Positions 10,412 to 22,587 of a stretch of 64,000 bases of DNA are shown here, piece by piece (the first letter of the stretch is position 1; each line of letters starts with the position of its first letter). The DNA is taken from NCBI RefSeq assembly GCF_001194135.2, contig NC_068990.1:79672821-79736820 (forward strand), in the 5' to 3' direction. The position numbers and the translations under genes were made by a program. Source of the DNA: Octopus bimaculoides (lineage: Eukaryota). The notes below the pieces were generated by a model. It had not been told where the DNA came from. It saw only the letters and a program-made list of their open reading frames with translations, and searched no databases.

Positions 10412-11908
10412 TCAATTAATAGGATTCCCCTCGGTGTGTATTTGTTCATGTCTTTTTAAATGACGATTAGTGATAAATGATTTCTTGCATATTCCACAAT
10501 GATATGGCTTTTCTCCTGTGTGAGTACGTTTGTGAACAACAAGACTTGAATTATTAATGAACGATTTGCCACATATCTCACAATGAAATGGTTTCTCTCC
10601 AGTGTGACTACGTTTGTGAACTACTAGACTAGAATTAAAAGAGAATGATTTTCCACATATTTCACAATGATAGGGTTTTTCTCCAGTGTGACTTCGTATG
10701 TGGAGAACAAGATTCCAATTATTGATGAAAGATTTTCCACATATTTCACAGGGGAAGGGTTTTTCTCCAGTGTGGATTCTTCTGTGTTTTGTTAAATCAC
10801 CAGTAGAGACAAAAGATTTCCCACATATTTCACAATGAAATGGTTTTTCTCCAGTGTGTATTCGTTTGTGTGTTGTTAAATTACTGTTTATCATAAATGA
10901 TTTCCCACACATTTCACAATGGAAGGGTTTTTCTCCAGTGTGACTACGTATGTGAATACCAAGATTTGAATTATTAATAAAAGATTTTCCACATATTTCA
11001 CAGTGAAATGGCTTTTCTCCAGTGTGTATTCTTTTGTGTTTTGTTAAGACACTGTAATAGACAAAAGACTTCCCACATATTTCACAGTGGAAAGGTTTTT
11101 CTCCAGTGTGGCTACGTATGTGAATAACAAGTTGAGAATTCTTAATAAAAGATTTTCCGCATGTCTCACACCGGAAGGGTTTTTCTTCAGAGTGTATTCT
11201 TTTGTGACTTGTTAAATAGCTATTATTGACAAAAGATTTTCCACATATTTCACAGTGATATGGTTTTTCTCCAGTGTGACTACGAATGTGAATTGTAAGC
11301 TTAGAATTAGAGATAAATGATTTTCCACATATTTCACAGTGAAACAGATTTTCTCCAGTGTGTATTCGTTTGTGTGTTGTTAACATACTGTTAGAAATAA
11401 AAGATTTTTTACATATTTCACAAGGATAGGGTTTTTCTCCTGTATGGTTACGTTTGTGGATTGTGAGCTGCGAATTATCAATGAAAGCCTTCCCACATAC
11501 TTCACAATGATATGGTTTTTCTCCAGTGTGTATTTGTTCATGTCTTTTTAAGTGACTACTAGTAATAAAGGATTTCCCACATATTTCACAGTGAAATGGT
11601 TTTTCTCCAGTGTGTATTTTTTTATGCTTGGTTAAGACACTCTTGGATACAAAATATTTGCCACAAATTTCACAGTGGAAGAGTTTTTCCCTATTATGTA
11701 TTTTTTTATGCAAGGAGACTTCATGTTTTGATGAGAATGTTTTCCTACAAATGCTACAGTGATATTCAGGAATATTTTCGTGTAATATTCTTTCTTTAGT
11801 AAATGTTTCACTGCATAAAGGTTTCTCATCACTGTATGTTTGTGTAAATGTATCTATAATGTTAAATATAGGTGTGTTTGAAGTGTCCAAGTGATTAACA
11901 TCCTCCAT
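10412..11908 (-). CDS. C2H2 zinc-finger protein, 498 aa, 16 tandem fingers with TGEKP linkers, no recognisable effector domain
   Basis: Uninterrupted ORF with CxxC-x12-HxxxH units at 28-aa spacing; an in-frame TGA four codons upstream of the ATG supports this start. Confidence 0.93.
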   Translation of the reverse strand: MEDVNHLDTSNTPIFNIIDTFTQTYSDEKPLCSETFTKERILHENIPEYHCSICRKTFSSKHEVSLHKKIHNREKLFHCEICGKYFVSKSVLTKHKKIHTGEKPFHCEICGKSFITSSHLKRHEQIHTGEKPYHCEVCGKAFIDNSQLTIHKRNHTGEKPYPCEICKKSFISNSMLTTHKRIHTGENLFHCEICGKSFISNSKLTIHIRSHTGEKPYHCEICGKSFVNNSYLTSHKRIHSEEKPFRCETCGKSFIKNSQLVIHIRSHTGEKPFHCEICGKSFVYYSVLTKHKRIHTGEKPFHCEICGKSFINNSNLGIHIRSHTGEKPFHCEMCGKSFMINSNLTTHKRIHTGEKPFHCEICGKSFVSTGDLTKHRRIHTGEKPFPCEICGKSFINNWNLVLHIRSHTGEKPYHCEICGKSFSFNSSLVVHKRSHTGEKPFHCEICGKSFINNSSLVVHKRTHTGEKPYHCGICKKSFITNRHLKRHEQIHTEGNPIN

Positions 11909-12319
11909 ATTTATTCTTCAGGAATTCTTAAAAACTGAGAAATATGAGAGTATAACTTGTTATGGTTCAATTTCTTGTCTTGTATATGATGAGAACTCTG
12001 CTATCATGCATGGAAAATATACAATGTAGATATATTTTCAAATAATCACAAGAATGACTGGTGCTTTACTGGTACACATGTTGTATACAAAATGTTTCTG
12101 TCTACTTAAGAAAAAACATGGGTATGGTTAATGAATGCTATGTAGGTTAAAAATATGTCCATATGTGATTCGTGGCAGATGTTTTGGTGAAAGCATGTAC
12201 ATCTGCTCATGTTGCAATGGAATGCTCAGCAGAACTGTAAAAGAAAAGATATGATAGTGTGAGACAGATGTTAGAGAAAGAAAATGCATGCATGTATATA
12301 CATGTATGTGTGTGTATAT

Positions 12320-12691
12320 TGTTGTTGTTGGCACTCCGTCGCTTACGACGTCGAGGGTTCCGGTTGATCCGATCAACAGAACAGCCTACTCATGAAATTA
12401 ACGTGCAAGTGGTTGAGCACTCCACAGACACGTGTACCCTTAACGTAGTTCTCGGGGATATTCAGCGTGACACAGTGTGACAAGGCTGACCCTTTGAATT
12501 ACAGGCACAACAGAAACAGGAAGTAAGAGTGAGAGAAAGTTGTGGTGAAAGAGTACAGCAGGGTTCGCCACCATCCCTTGCTGGAGCCTCGTGGAGCTTT
12601 AGGTATTTTCGCTCAATAAACACTCACAACGCCCAGTATGGGAATCGAAACCGCGAGTCTGCTGCCCTAACCACTGGGCCATTGCGCCTCC
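12320..12691 (-). mobile_element. tRNA-derived SINE family A, near full length, (CAA)n tail
   Basis: tRNA-like head with A/B-box-like motifs; body aligns with 26800-27144; candidate TSD TGTGTGTGTATAT (12307-12319, 12694-12706) in microsatellite context. Confidence 0.88.
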
Positions 12692-12829
12692 ACTGTGTGT
12701 GTATATATATCAATAAAATTATCCACACAAACATGGAAAGGTGGACATCAAAACGATGATAAATACGTAGGTACCCAATAAACTATGTGTTGTGGAAATC
12801 AGAGAAAGAAAATATATGTCATCTGAACA

Positions 12830-13460
12830 CATGGGTAACTTTGATGCATGTGTCACTGATGAAGCTAGGAACATAGGGATACGACATGAGAATGGACAGG
12901 TATATCACCACGGTAAGTTGGCCAGCATACATACTTAAAGAAATCTAAGTATGATTAGAAAATACCTAAATCAGAAGGTGACTGAGACATTACTGCATGC
13001 CTTTGTATCATCATGGTTTGACAATGTGTTACTCTGTGGCCTACAAGGATACCAAGAGATTGCAGCTCATTCAAAATACAGCAGTTAGAGTAACTGTGAG
13101 GAGAATGAAATTTGACCATATTTCCCAACATATAAGGGCTCTACACTAACTTCCTGCAAAGGTTTAAATAACATTTAAAAGATCCTACTGATGTTCAAAG
13201 TTGCACATGACCTTATTCTGCAATACATTAATGAACTACTTCAGGGCAAAAGAGTTAACAGTGTGAGATAAAGTTGAAATAAATTCCTCGTTGTACCTTA
13301 CCAGGTACTAAAATGGAGAGCTGTGGTGATCAGGCTTTCTGTAAGTCAGGCCCAGCTCTCTAGAAAGAGCCTCTTTCTTCTGTCTGCACAAACTGCACCA
13401 GCTAAGTTAACTTTCAAATCAAATTGGGAGACCTATCTTTTCAGGAAATACTGACAGTAA
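12830..13460 (+). mobile_element. L2/CR1-group LINE, decayed RT C-terminal region
   Basis: Broken reading IRKYLNQKVTETLLHAFVSSWFDN...KRLQLIQNTAVRV...FDHISQHIRALH*LP...FKILLMFKV, typical of L2 ORF2 ends. Confidence 0.7.
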
Positions 13461-14309
13461 ACTGTCTTTTTAAAAATTCTCATGTTAATATGTCTATATG
13501 AATGGACAATTAGGGCACTTATGAATAGATTTTAATTTTAATGGACGTATGACTATATATATTTAGGGAGGGTGTTGGTGAGTTGATTGTAATGCCTGGT
13601 CAGTGTGACTATTGGTTTCGCTCCTACAAAGTGCTTAGGCCTATACGTGACTTGCCAGACTCAAATGGCTGTAGGCACATAACCTCTCTACAATAGTTTG
13701 AAGTGATGTACAGATTTTATATATTAAGAAAAAGGAGGTAGTCAGGATGTGGATAAAAACAATTTATTCAGCACTTCTGTTCCTTTCAGGGATTCATCAT
13801 GATTGCTTAGAGAAAATTCGTACCTTTTATATATATGTAAGTTAGTTAAAAAAAAAACAAACTTGAGTTGAATTCATTTTCTAGGGTTTTGGAAGTGGTT
13901 ATTTGAGATGTTCTTTGTCATTTTGAATTTCTATATGTAAATTTTTAAACATTTAAAAACTTCACAACACACACGTTTACACATACCACATACAAAAACA
14001 AAATGGCAAAGTGTTTTAAAAACAGGAAAAGAAACATTCAACATTTTGGTCAGGAACATTAAAAAAAAGAAAAAAGAAAAAAACGAGGTGGACATTAGAT
14101 GAAGGCCTTCGAGCATAGATGTGCTCAGTCAGGCTGAGCTGTGCCTAAACAATAACACTATTTCATTGAAAACGATGACCATATAGCTGTTTACATACAC
14201 ATGTACATAGATGTGTGTAAGAGAAATGCAGAAACGCCACGAAGAAATTATCTCAACTCAAAACAAAAGACAAAACGCCTAATTAATTTCCTCTATTTCT
14301 AACAAATCT

Positions 14310-14670
14310 TCCCTACTCTTCTCATTAAGAGTATGGGGAACCCAAACACCCAACTTGCTGACTTTTACTCTTTTCCCAAGTGGTGGCAGATGGTGGATTG
14401 GGATGTGAAGTCATCTGCTAATCCCCGAGTACTTTTACGAGGAGTGAATTCCACTAATTCTCTTAAAGCATCTTGATCGAAATCTGATGAGCGTCTTGAT
14501 CCGAGTTGATCTCCCAAAGACACATTTCCGGATCGAAACTTTGAAAACCAATTTCGCACTGCCGGTTAGTAATGACACCTTGGCCATAAACACTGCATAT
14601 TTTTTTTTAGCTGTTTCTGTAGTTTTTTTTTTTTACCATTCTTAAACTCTCATATTAAATGTCGAATATG
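14310..14670 (-). mobile_element. Mariner transposase N-terminal relic
   Basis: RNWFSKFRSGNVSLGD...STRGLA...STICHHL followed by KVSKLGVWVPHTLNE (WVPHEL motif). Confidence 0.85.
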
Positions 14671-15826
14671 CATTTTTCAGTTCATCCAATTTAGCTGAGT
14701 GAGATTTACTATTAAAATGTGAACGACAGATGATGCTCTTTTAAAAACGGAAGTTTCCATTTCAGGTTTAAACGTTAATTAGTTCGAAATGCGTCGTTAC
14801 AATTTATTCCCCCACCACCGAAATTATTTATGACTCGATCCAATAGTTGCTATTAGTGTTTTACTTTACTGAGATTTCAGGTGATGCACGTGAGGATGCT
14901 TGGCTGTTTCAACACCTTAGCCTCGCCATCTCCCGTAGTAATGCCACGGGTGTGTGTTGGCTTGCGTCTGTTGAACCTTGACACTTCGTGTTGAATTGAT
15001 ATTTCTTTATTCTTCTTTTTTCTACCGGTTTTGGATTTGTATTTTTACTGTTTTTGTATTATATATGTATCATATACATACGAACTATTTTCCAGTAAAA
15101 AAAATGATTTAATCTTAAATTTCACTCTGAAGAAAGCCAAGGCGCGGTTGTTTCCCTTGGCACGAACCTGTTTGCCAATAAATTCGACAATTAATTTCAT
15201 ACTTTGTTTCCCAGGGCTAAATTATAATTTAAAGTTTTCTTGTTATACATTAGATTAGGGAATCAACAACACCACCAAAACTAGTAGCCCTACCCCATAA
15301 TCTTGAAATAGTTAAATATTCTAAAATTTGAGTTTTGAAAACAATGAAGCGCGATGGAATTTAAAAAATTTAAATCCCATTGAAGTACTTGTGATAGATG
15401 TATTAAAAAAATACTTACTAGACGCTATTGTTAGATATGGTTAATAAAAAGGATTTCAACGGGACAATACTGAAATGCCATCAAGTTAAGTCTTTATGAA
15501 GTGAATAACTCAACAATGAAATGTCACTATATGGCTATAAATACAGAGGTACATACAGATTTATTATTACGGACACTTTCGTACTAATTCTTTCAACAGA
15601 CCAGTATGATAGGCACCGTGAAAATGATAAAACAAATACTACATTTTAATATATGTAATATATTTCATTGATTGAAGTTTTGTTATAAAAATCTTCATCG
15701 TTACGTTTCCCTGAAATGTAAACATACCACATGGAGAACGAAAGAATTTTGTTTGATAATCTTGTTTAATTTTAATATCGGCATATCAACAGTGAGGCTG
15801 CATAAATTTTACGAAGTATTAATATC

Positions 15827-16030
15827 TATTTCTTTATTGCCCACAGGGGACTAAACACAGAGGAGACAAACAAGGACAGACAAAGGGATTAAATCGATTA
15901 CATCGACTCAGTGCGTAACTGGTATTTATTTAATCGACCCCGAATGGATGAAAGGCAAAGTCGACCTCGGTTGAATTTGAACTCAGAACGTAACGGCAGA
16001 CGAAATACCACTTAGCATTTCACCCGGCGT
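15827..16030 (-). mobile_element. SINE family B, 5'-truncated, with an alternative 3' tail
   Basis: Body matches 22620-22750; tail ...TTTAGTCCCCTGTGGGCAATAAAGAAAT; 12-bp TSD AGTATTAATATC (15815-15826, 16031-16042). Confidence 0.85.
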
Positions 16031-16160
16031 AGTATTAATATCGTTATTGGCATCATCTCTCAATTTTACCATTATTGTTTTCACATGCTACCAGTTATAT
16101 ATTCCTATATTGATCAGTTTGATTCAGATTCTCATAGTCCTTTTTATGAGAACAATATTG

Positions 16161-16581
16161 GGCGGAGACGGACTATATATAATCTGAACCTTTCCCCCCC
16201 TTATTTATTAATTTTTTTTACGGAATCCCACGTTTTAGGCTATGGAAATTACGATTCTGAAAAAAAATTGATTGAAAAATTTCAATTCCCCCCCCCCCCN
16301 NNNNNNNNNNNNNNNNNNNNNNNNNNNNNNNNNNNNNNNNNNNNNNNNNNNNNNNNNNNNNNNNNNNNNNNNNNNNNNNNNNNNNNNNNNNNNNNNNNNN
16401 NNNNNNNNNNNNNNNNNNNNNNNNNNNNNNNNNNNNNNNNNNNNNNNNNNNNNNNNNNNNNNNNNNNATTTTGAAATTGAGATTTTTGAAATTTTTTTTT
16501 TTCAGAATCGGAATCTCCATAGCCTAAAAAAATAAAAAATAAGGGGGGAAAGGTTCAGATTACATATAGTCCATCTGGACC
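16161..16581 (+). mobile_element. MITE family M1 copy 3 (centre in N-gap)
   Basis: Same TIRs as 5647-6014; GG...CC ends; 8-bp TSD CAATATTG (16153-16160, 16582-16589). Confidence 0.85.
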
Positions 16582-16632
16582 CAATATTGTTTCCAGTTTG
16601 CAATTTATATTGCCATATTTGTTCATCACAAA

Positions 16633-16722
16633 GACGCATGGCCTAGAGGTTAGCGTATTTAATCATAAGGTCGTGGGGCCAATTCCTGGACTGAGTGGTG
16701 AGTTGCGGCTTTGAGTAAGGCA
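16633..16722 (+). mobile_element. Degenerate tRNA-derived SINE head
   Basis: GCATGGCCTAGAGGTTAGCG...GGTCGTGGGGCCAATTCC...TTGAGTAAGGCACTT, A/B-box-like layout. Confidence 0.5.
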
Positions 16723-18144
16723 CTTCATTTCTGTAATAAGTGTCAACTGAGTGCTGGTGCTGCTCTCTCTACAGCCAGCTATCACACCCTGATCTCTGGA
16801 ATGTTAAGGATGAGGGGCCAAAAAAAGTGTCTATGTCTATTTGTGACTTCATAGGCACCTAAATGATATTCTGCCAAAAAAGATCCTAACTACTCATAAA
16901 CATATTTATACGATAGAAAATCTTTGTAGTGAGCTTTAGAATCAAAGCCTCACTATTTCAGTTACCAGTGTAAGACCATACTCAGGTCAGGCGACGTGTC
17001 CTGTTTATTAACTAATTGGTTTGTAGAAATATTATACCATATTACAGAACATTACTGAATGTTCTAGAGTCTCCTTTGCTTTTGTAACTATAAAAGCAAA
17101 ACCCTGCTAGAATCATGGCCATTGGAGAACACATATCCTCACCTCTCACCAAAAGCAAGCCAGAGAGAGTGGTATAGTTTGAAGTATAAGCAACAAGCCC
17201 TTACTTCAACAAGTTTTCCTTGGTGGCAGTGCGGACTTCAGTTAAAAGGAATTCTTCAATTAAGATGAATAAGCTTTATTCCTGTCTTTCATGCAAAGTT
17301 AATCTCTTTTAATAAAAATTTAATTATAACTATTTTTGCTTCTAGCATTATAATACACTACCGGCACCTATTAGCAAACTATTACATAATTATTTAAATT
17401 ACTTCAAAAACAATAAATAGTATTTAAACAACAATGCATTTGGTTTTATATGGGATAGTATTCAACTGAAACAACAAACAAATATCAATACCCATTCAAC
17501 TGCCACCTTAATTGGTGATTCATCTGAAGTAAAACATTCTTTCAAAAGATAACCTAACAATCTATGCCTTTAAAATTTTTTCTTTGATGCATAAATTGTT
17601 GTGTTACCTATCATTGTGATTTCTGTGGTAAATCATTTTCTCAAAGACAAATCAACTAGTCATGTGTATGTTTAGTTAGGAGAGAAAGAGAAACACTAGT
17701 CTTGAGGATACAGTTTTAGTTGTGTATGTTGAATTGGCAGGAAAGATCATGAAGTCTGTAAAGCTTTGTATTTGTAGAGATTCATATTTTTAAACCAGAA
17801 CAAGAGAGGCTGAAGCAGAAAGTTGTGTCATTGATATTAAAAGGTCATATCTCAATGAGAGACAATCATAGATTTAGGGTGAGATGAATAGATTGATGTG
17901 GATTATGATGTGTAACTCCAGGTCACTCTGAACAAATGGTCCTACGATGCAATACAGCCTATAAATCCACCTTCCTGGTTATACCATGTTTCCACCTTGC
18001 AGAGGATTAAACAATACAAGCTGGCATAGTGTGCAAGGCTATAGTGCTATAGTGACATAGGCTATAGTGTGCAAGACAAAACATCTTCAATTCTGTCCAC
18101 AATCCATTTCATACCTGATTTGCTCAGGATTAAAATGGCAGTTT

Positions 18145-18390
18145 TTTATTCTTTTATTAGTTCCAGTCATTTGACTGTGGCCATGCTGGAGCACTGCCTT
18201 TAGTCGAACATATCAGCACCAGGACTTATTTTTTGTAAGCCTAGTACTTATTCTATTGGTCTCTTTTGCTGAACCACATAGTTATGGGTACGTAAACACA
18301 CCAACATCAGTTGTCAAGCAATGGTTGGGGCACAAACACAAACACACAAATATACACATATATATGACAGGCTTCTTTCAGTTTCCATAT
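18145..18390 (-). mobile_element. SINE family C, 3' half
   Basis: CAGTCATTTGACTGTGGCCATGCTGGAGCAC...AAGCCTAGTACTTATTCTAT; reverse-similar to 20509-20730 and similar to 2215-2300. Confidence 0.75.
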
Positions 18391-19019
18391 CTCTTCCTTC
18401 TATCCCTCCCCCCTATTCCTTTTACCCTGATAGTTCTCTCTCATCCCCCTCAATATCTTGACTACCATCTAGCATTCCTTTTTTTCATTTTCTATTTCTT
18501 TCTTTCACTGTTTGAATGGAATAGCCATGCTGGAGTGACAAAAATTACTTGCCAGTACAGTTACTGTATTCATCTCTTACAGAGATTTTATTACTAGCTT
18601 CTTTGCTTGTTGCAAGATCAGCAACTGAATGTCACTTGAATTCATATATATAGTGAACAGAAGCAAGCTACTGCTATTTCTAGCAGACGAAGTATCCAGC
18701 ACCAAGGAAGGGCAGAAATAGCTTGAAACCAGGCTGGTCTTCTGGTCCTGTCACTAGAAGGGGATAGGGGTTCGCTCCCCTACTCACAATATATTGGATG
18801 CAGGTTGCATCTTTAACCAGCTAGAGATAATGTCCTCTTGGGGTTAAAAAATCACACTAATGTATGTTCAAACAGAACCATGTTGAAACGGTAATAAACA
18901 TTACAATTAATTAAACATTTCAAAGACTACTATTTTTTCCCGAATCAAAACGAAATTCAAGGAAGTTTGTATTTTCATAAAAGATACCATACATATATAC
19001 ATACAGGCTTGTCCTTTAC

Positions 19020-19265
19020 AGGTGCCAGTGCTTCATAAAATTCACTTGTGCTGGTGCGGTGTAAATGGACCCATGCCAGTGGCATGTAAGAAGCACCTAG
19101 CACATTCTGTAAAGTGGTAAGCATTAGAAAGGACATCGAACCATAGAAACCATGCCACAACAGACAATTGGAGTCTGCACAGCGCCCTTGCAAACCAACC
19201 AACCAACCCATGTCAACATGGAAAACGGATCTTAAACGATGATGATGATGATAATGATGATGATA
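19020..19265 (+). mobile_element. RTE-type LINE 3' UTR fragment with (GAT)n tail
   Basis: Similar to 19830-20062; ends CATGGAAAACGGATCTTAAACGATGATGATG. Confidence 0.65.
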
Positions 19266-19509
19266 CTTAGCCACATGAAACAAAAGAACAAGGATAAGTG
19301 TTTTCTTTAAATTTTATTTCATATTTCCAAAAATATTCAGACAGTGAATATTCAAAAGAAAACCAGGCTTGGATTACCAGCTGATGATCAGAATCAAGCA
19401 ACTCTGAGTACTGGAAATCAGAACCTTTTAGTCATAATGTATTAAATAATACTCTATATTTGTGCTGAGTTCTGTAATTTATTGCTTCTGGTGAATCAAC
19501 AAAGATTTT

Positions 19510-20059
19510 GTGGAGGGAACCTGTGGAAAGGTAGACATGGGACGAAGTGGTGAAGCATGATCTTCGAACGTTGGGCCTCATGGAGACAATATCAAGTGAC
19601 TGAGACTTTTGGCGATATGCCATGCTTGAAAGGACCTGTCAAGCCAAGTGAAATCATAGCTGTGGATGATTCCGGTGTCACGTAACTGGCACCCATGCCA
19701 GTGGCACGTAAAAAGTACCTTTCAAATGTTGGGGCTCATGGAAGCAATGACAAGTGACAAGTGACTTTTTGCGATATGCCGTGCTTCAGAAGACTCGTCA
19801 AGCCAAGTGAAATCATAGTTGTGGCCAAAGCTGGTGTCACGTAACTGGCAACTGTGCTGGTGGCACATGAGAAGCATCCATTACACTCTTGGAGTGGCCG
19901 GCATTAGGAAGGGCAACTAACTGTAGAGACCATGCTAAATCAGACTGGAACCTGGTGCAGCTCTCCAGCTTACCAGTTTCAGTCAAACCATCTAACCAAT
20001 GCCAGCATGGAAAGCAGATGCTAAGTGAACCCATGCTAGCATGGAAAGCGGACGTTAAA

Positions 20060-20062
<3 letters not shown>
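19510..20062 (+). mobile_element. RTE-type LINE 3' end (ORF C-terminus plus 3' UTR) with an internal tandem duplication of about 160 bp
   Basis: Translates TWDEVVKHDLRTLGLMETISSD*DFWRYAMLE; the unit repeats at about 19577-19735 and 19737-19875; ends GGACGTTAAACG before a (TA)n run. Confidence 0.7.
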
Positions 20063-20095
<33 letters not shown>

Positions 20096-20508
20096 NNNNN
20101 NNNNNNNNNNNNNNNNNNNNNNNNNNNNNNNNNNNNNNNNNNNNNNNNNNNNNNNNNNNNNNNNNNNNNNNNNNNNNNNNNNNNNNNNNNNNNNNNNNNN
20201 NNNNNNNNNNNNNNNNNNNNNNNNNNNNNNNNNNNNNNNNNNNNNNNNNNNNNNNNNNNNNNNNNNNNNNNNNNNNNNNNNNNNNNNNNNNNNNNNNNNN
20301 NNNNNNNNNNNNNNNNNNNNNNNNNNNNNNNNNNNNNNNNNNNNNNNNNNNNNNNNNNNNNNNNNNNNNNNNNNNNNNNNNNNNNNNNNNNNNNNNNNNN
20401 NNNNNNNNNNNNNNNNNNNNNNNNNNNNNNNNNNNNNNNNNNNNNNNNNNNNNNNNNNNNNNNNNNNNNNNNNNNNNNNNNNNNNNNNNNNNNNNNNNNN
20501 NNNNNNNN

Positions 20509-20730
20509 TGTGTGTGTGTGTGTGTGTGTGTCTATTTGTTCTTCCATCACTGCTTGACAACTAGTGTTGGAGTGTTTACATCCCCATAACTTAGCAGTTT
20601 GCTAAATGAGACCGATAGAATATCTACTAGGCTTAAAAAATAAGTCTGGAGTCAATTTATTTGACTAAAATCCTCCAAGGCAGTACTCCAACATGGCTGC
20701 AGTTAAATGGCTGAAACAAATAAAAGAATA
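20509..20730 (+). mobile_element. SINE family C, 3' half following a (TG)n tract
   Basis: GCTTGACAACTAGTGTTGG...GAGACCGATAGAATA...CATGGCTGCAGTTAAATGGCTGAAACAAATAAAAGAATA. Confidence 0.75.
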
Positions 20731-22587
20731 TATCCATTCTTGAATTAATATTGTTCTCTACACTCTCACATTGGTCATCCTTTGCCTTCCCATCACTGGA
20801 TCACCAACTTATCTCTCCTCATACATTATCTCTGTCTCTCTCTCTCCCCTTCTCCTACAGCCTACCCAAATATGTCATCTCATTTTCTTCTGAATTACTG
20901 AAACAGATAAATATTTCTTGAAGTAGGTTATTAGTATAGACTACTCTGAGTTTAAATTCCATCAAGGTTGATTTTGCCTTTGATTCTTTCGGGGTCGATA
21001 AAGTACGGATCATTTGAGCACTGAGGCCGATGAAATTGACTAGCCCCTCATTCCCAAATTACAGGCTGTGTGCGAAGAAGTAGGAAGTTTATTATAGACT
21101 ATTGTTTTAAGTTATCAACACCATTGATATTGTCGAAAAATACGACATCTCTTCATAAAAAGTGTAACTCCTTACGAAAATTAAACGAAAATACGATTAT
21201 TTATTTGAAAGTTTCCAAAATTTATGGAGGTCTAAGTCTGTCAAACAAGATCAAAACAACTATGTTATGTATGTATGTATGTATGTATGATTTTTTTCTT
21301 TGAATGAATTAAATGTAATTTTCACTCGATTCCGATTTCATTATTTTCCATTAGCTGATTGAAATACACATTTTTACCGATCATATATTAAGACTATTAT
21401 ATTTTCTACTATTTTCTACCAACGATTGCATTAAAAAAAAAAAAAAATACCAGACTTATATTATACACAACTTTGTTGTTTGTTAGCCATAGCTGCAATG
21501 AGTTGTTAATTAAATATGTCAGAAGAAGCAAATTTTGTGCAATGTTTGTCTGTTTTAATAATTTTATGTGACTAAAACATATCACAATAACTAAATGTCT
21601 TTTGGAATGCATATTTACATATTTATTTTTAACATATCTAGGAAGATTAGATATACAAGTATACATTGTCGATTTGTGGCAAATAACATTAATATGGTGA
21701 CTAGCGGCAAGAAATCTCAAGTTGTGATCTAAGGGAAACAACTCTTAAGAAACTAAACTATTAAGTGCAAAATAATTTGACGAAAGCACGATAACGGAGT
21801 AGATTTTATAGCCAACCTAATTTAAATTGATTTCATAAATACCAAATATATTTCGAAAAGATTTTATGTAAAGGTATAAGTTTAAACTTCTGTAATAATG
21901 ATTATCTTCAACAATCCTTTCTACTATATGTACAAGTCCTGTAATTGGGCGGCGGGGGACTAGTCGATTACATCGACTCTAGTGTTTCCCTGGTACTTAA
22001 TTTATGAAAGTGTTGTGTAATCACTAAAGTAAGGTGATGTAACTTACAAGGGAATTTTCGAAAAGTCCATGCTAAGAGGGAAAACGCCAGTTACTTGAGC
22101 TAACTACTAGTTAGAAATAGAAAGAAAAGCTCTTTTAAATATATCAAACCAACTTAAAAAAAAAAGCACAAACAAGACAAAAATGACAAAAAAACCAAAG
22201 AAACCCCATATTCCTAGCCTTTTATCGTGGATCTGATCTATGAGGGCTAAACTGGTGTTAAGCAGCAATGACAAAGGAAACATTTTTGAGCACAGTCGTC
22301 TTGTCGTGACCCCTAATTCTTAACTTGGAATGGTTTTATTGACCGCAGAAGAATGAAATGCAAAGTTGACACTAACGAGATATGAACTTAGAACATAAAG
22401 AAAATAAAGAAGTATATGAAAACAAAATTCATCCCCAACAAGTATGCAGCAACGTTCTACCATATTTTTATCGAAAGTTACTTTTTCAGTGATAGCTTAA
22501 CGTAAAAGATCTACATTAAGTTAATGCAAAACTAATAACGCTGATCTGATGTTCCGTTATTATGCCAGCAATATTATTTGAGAAACT

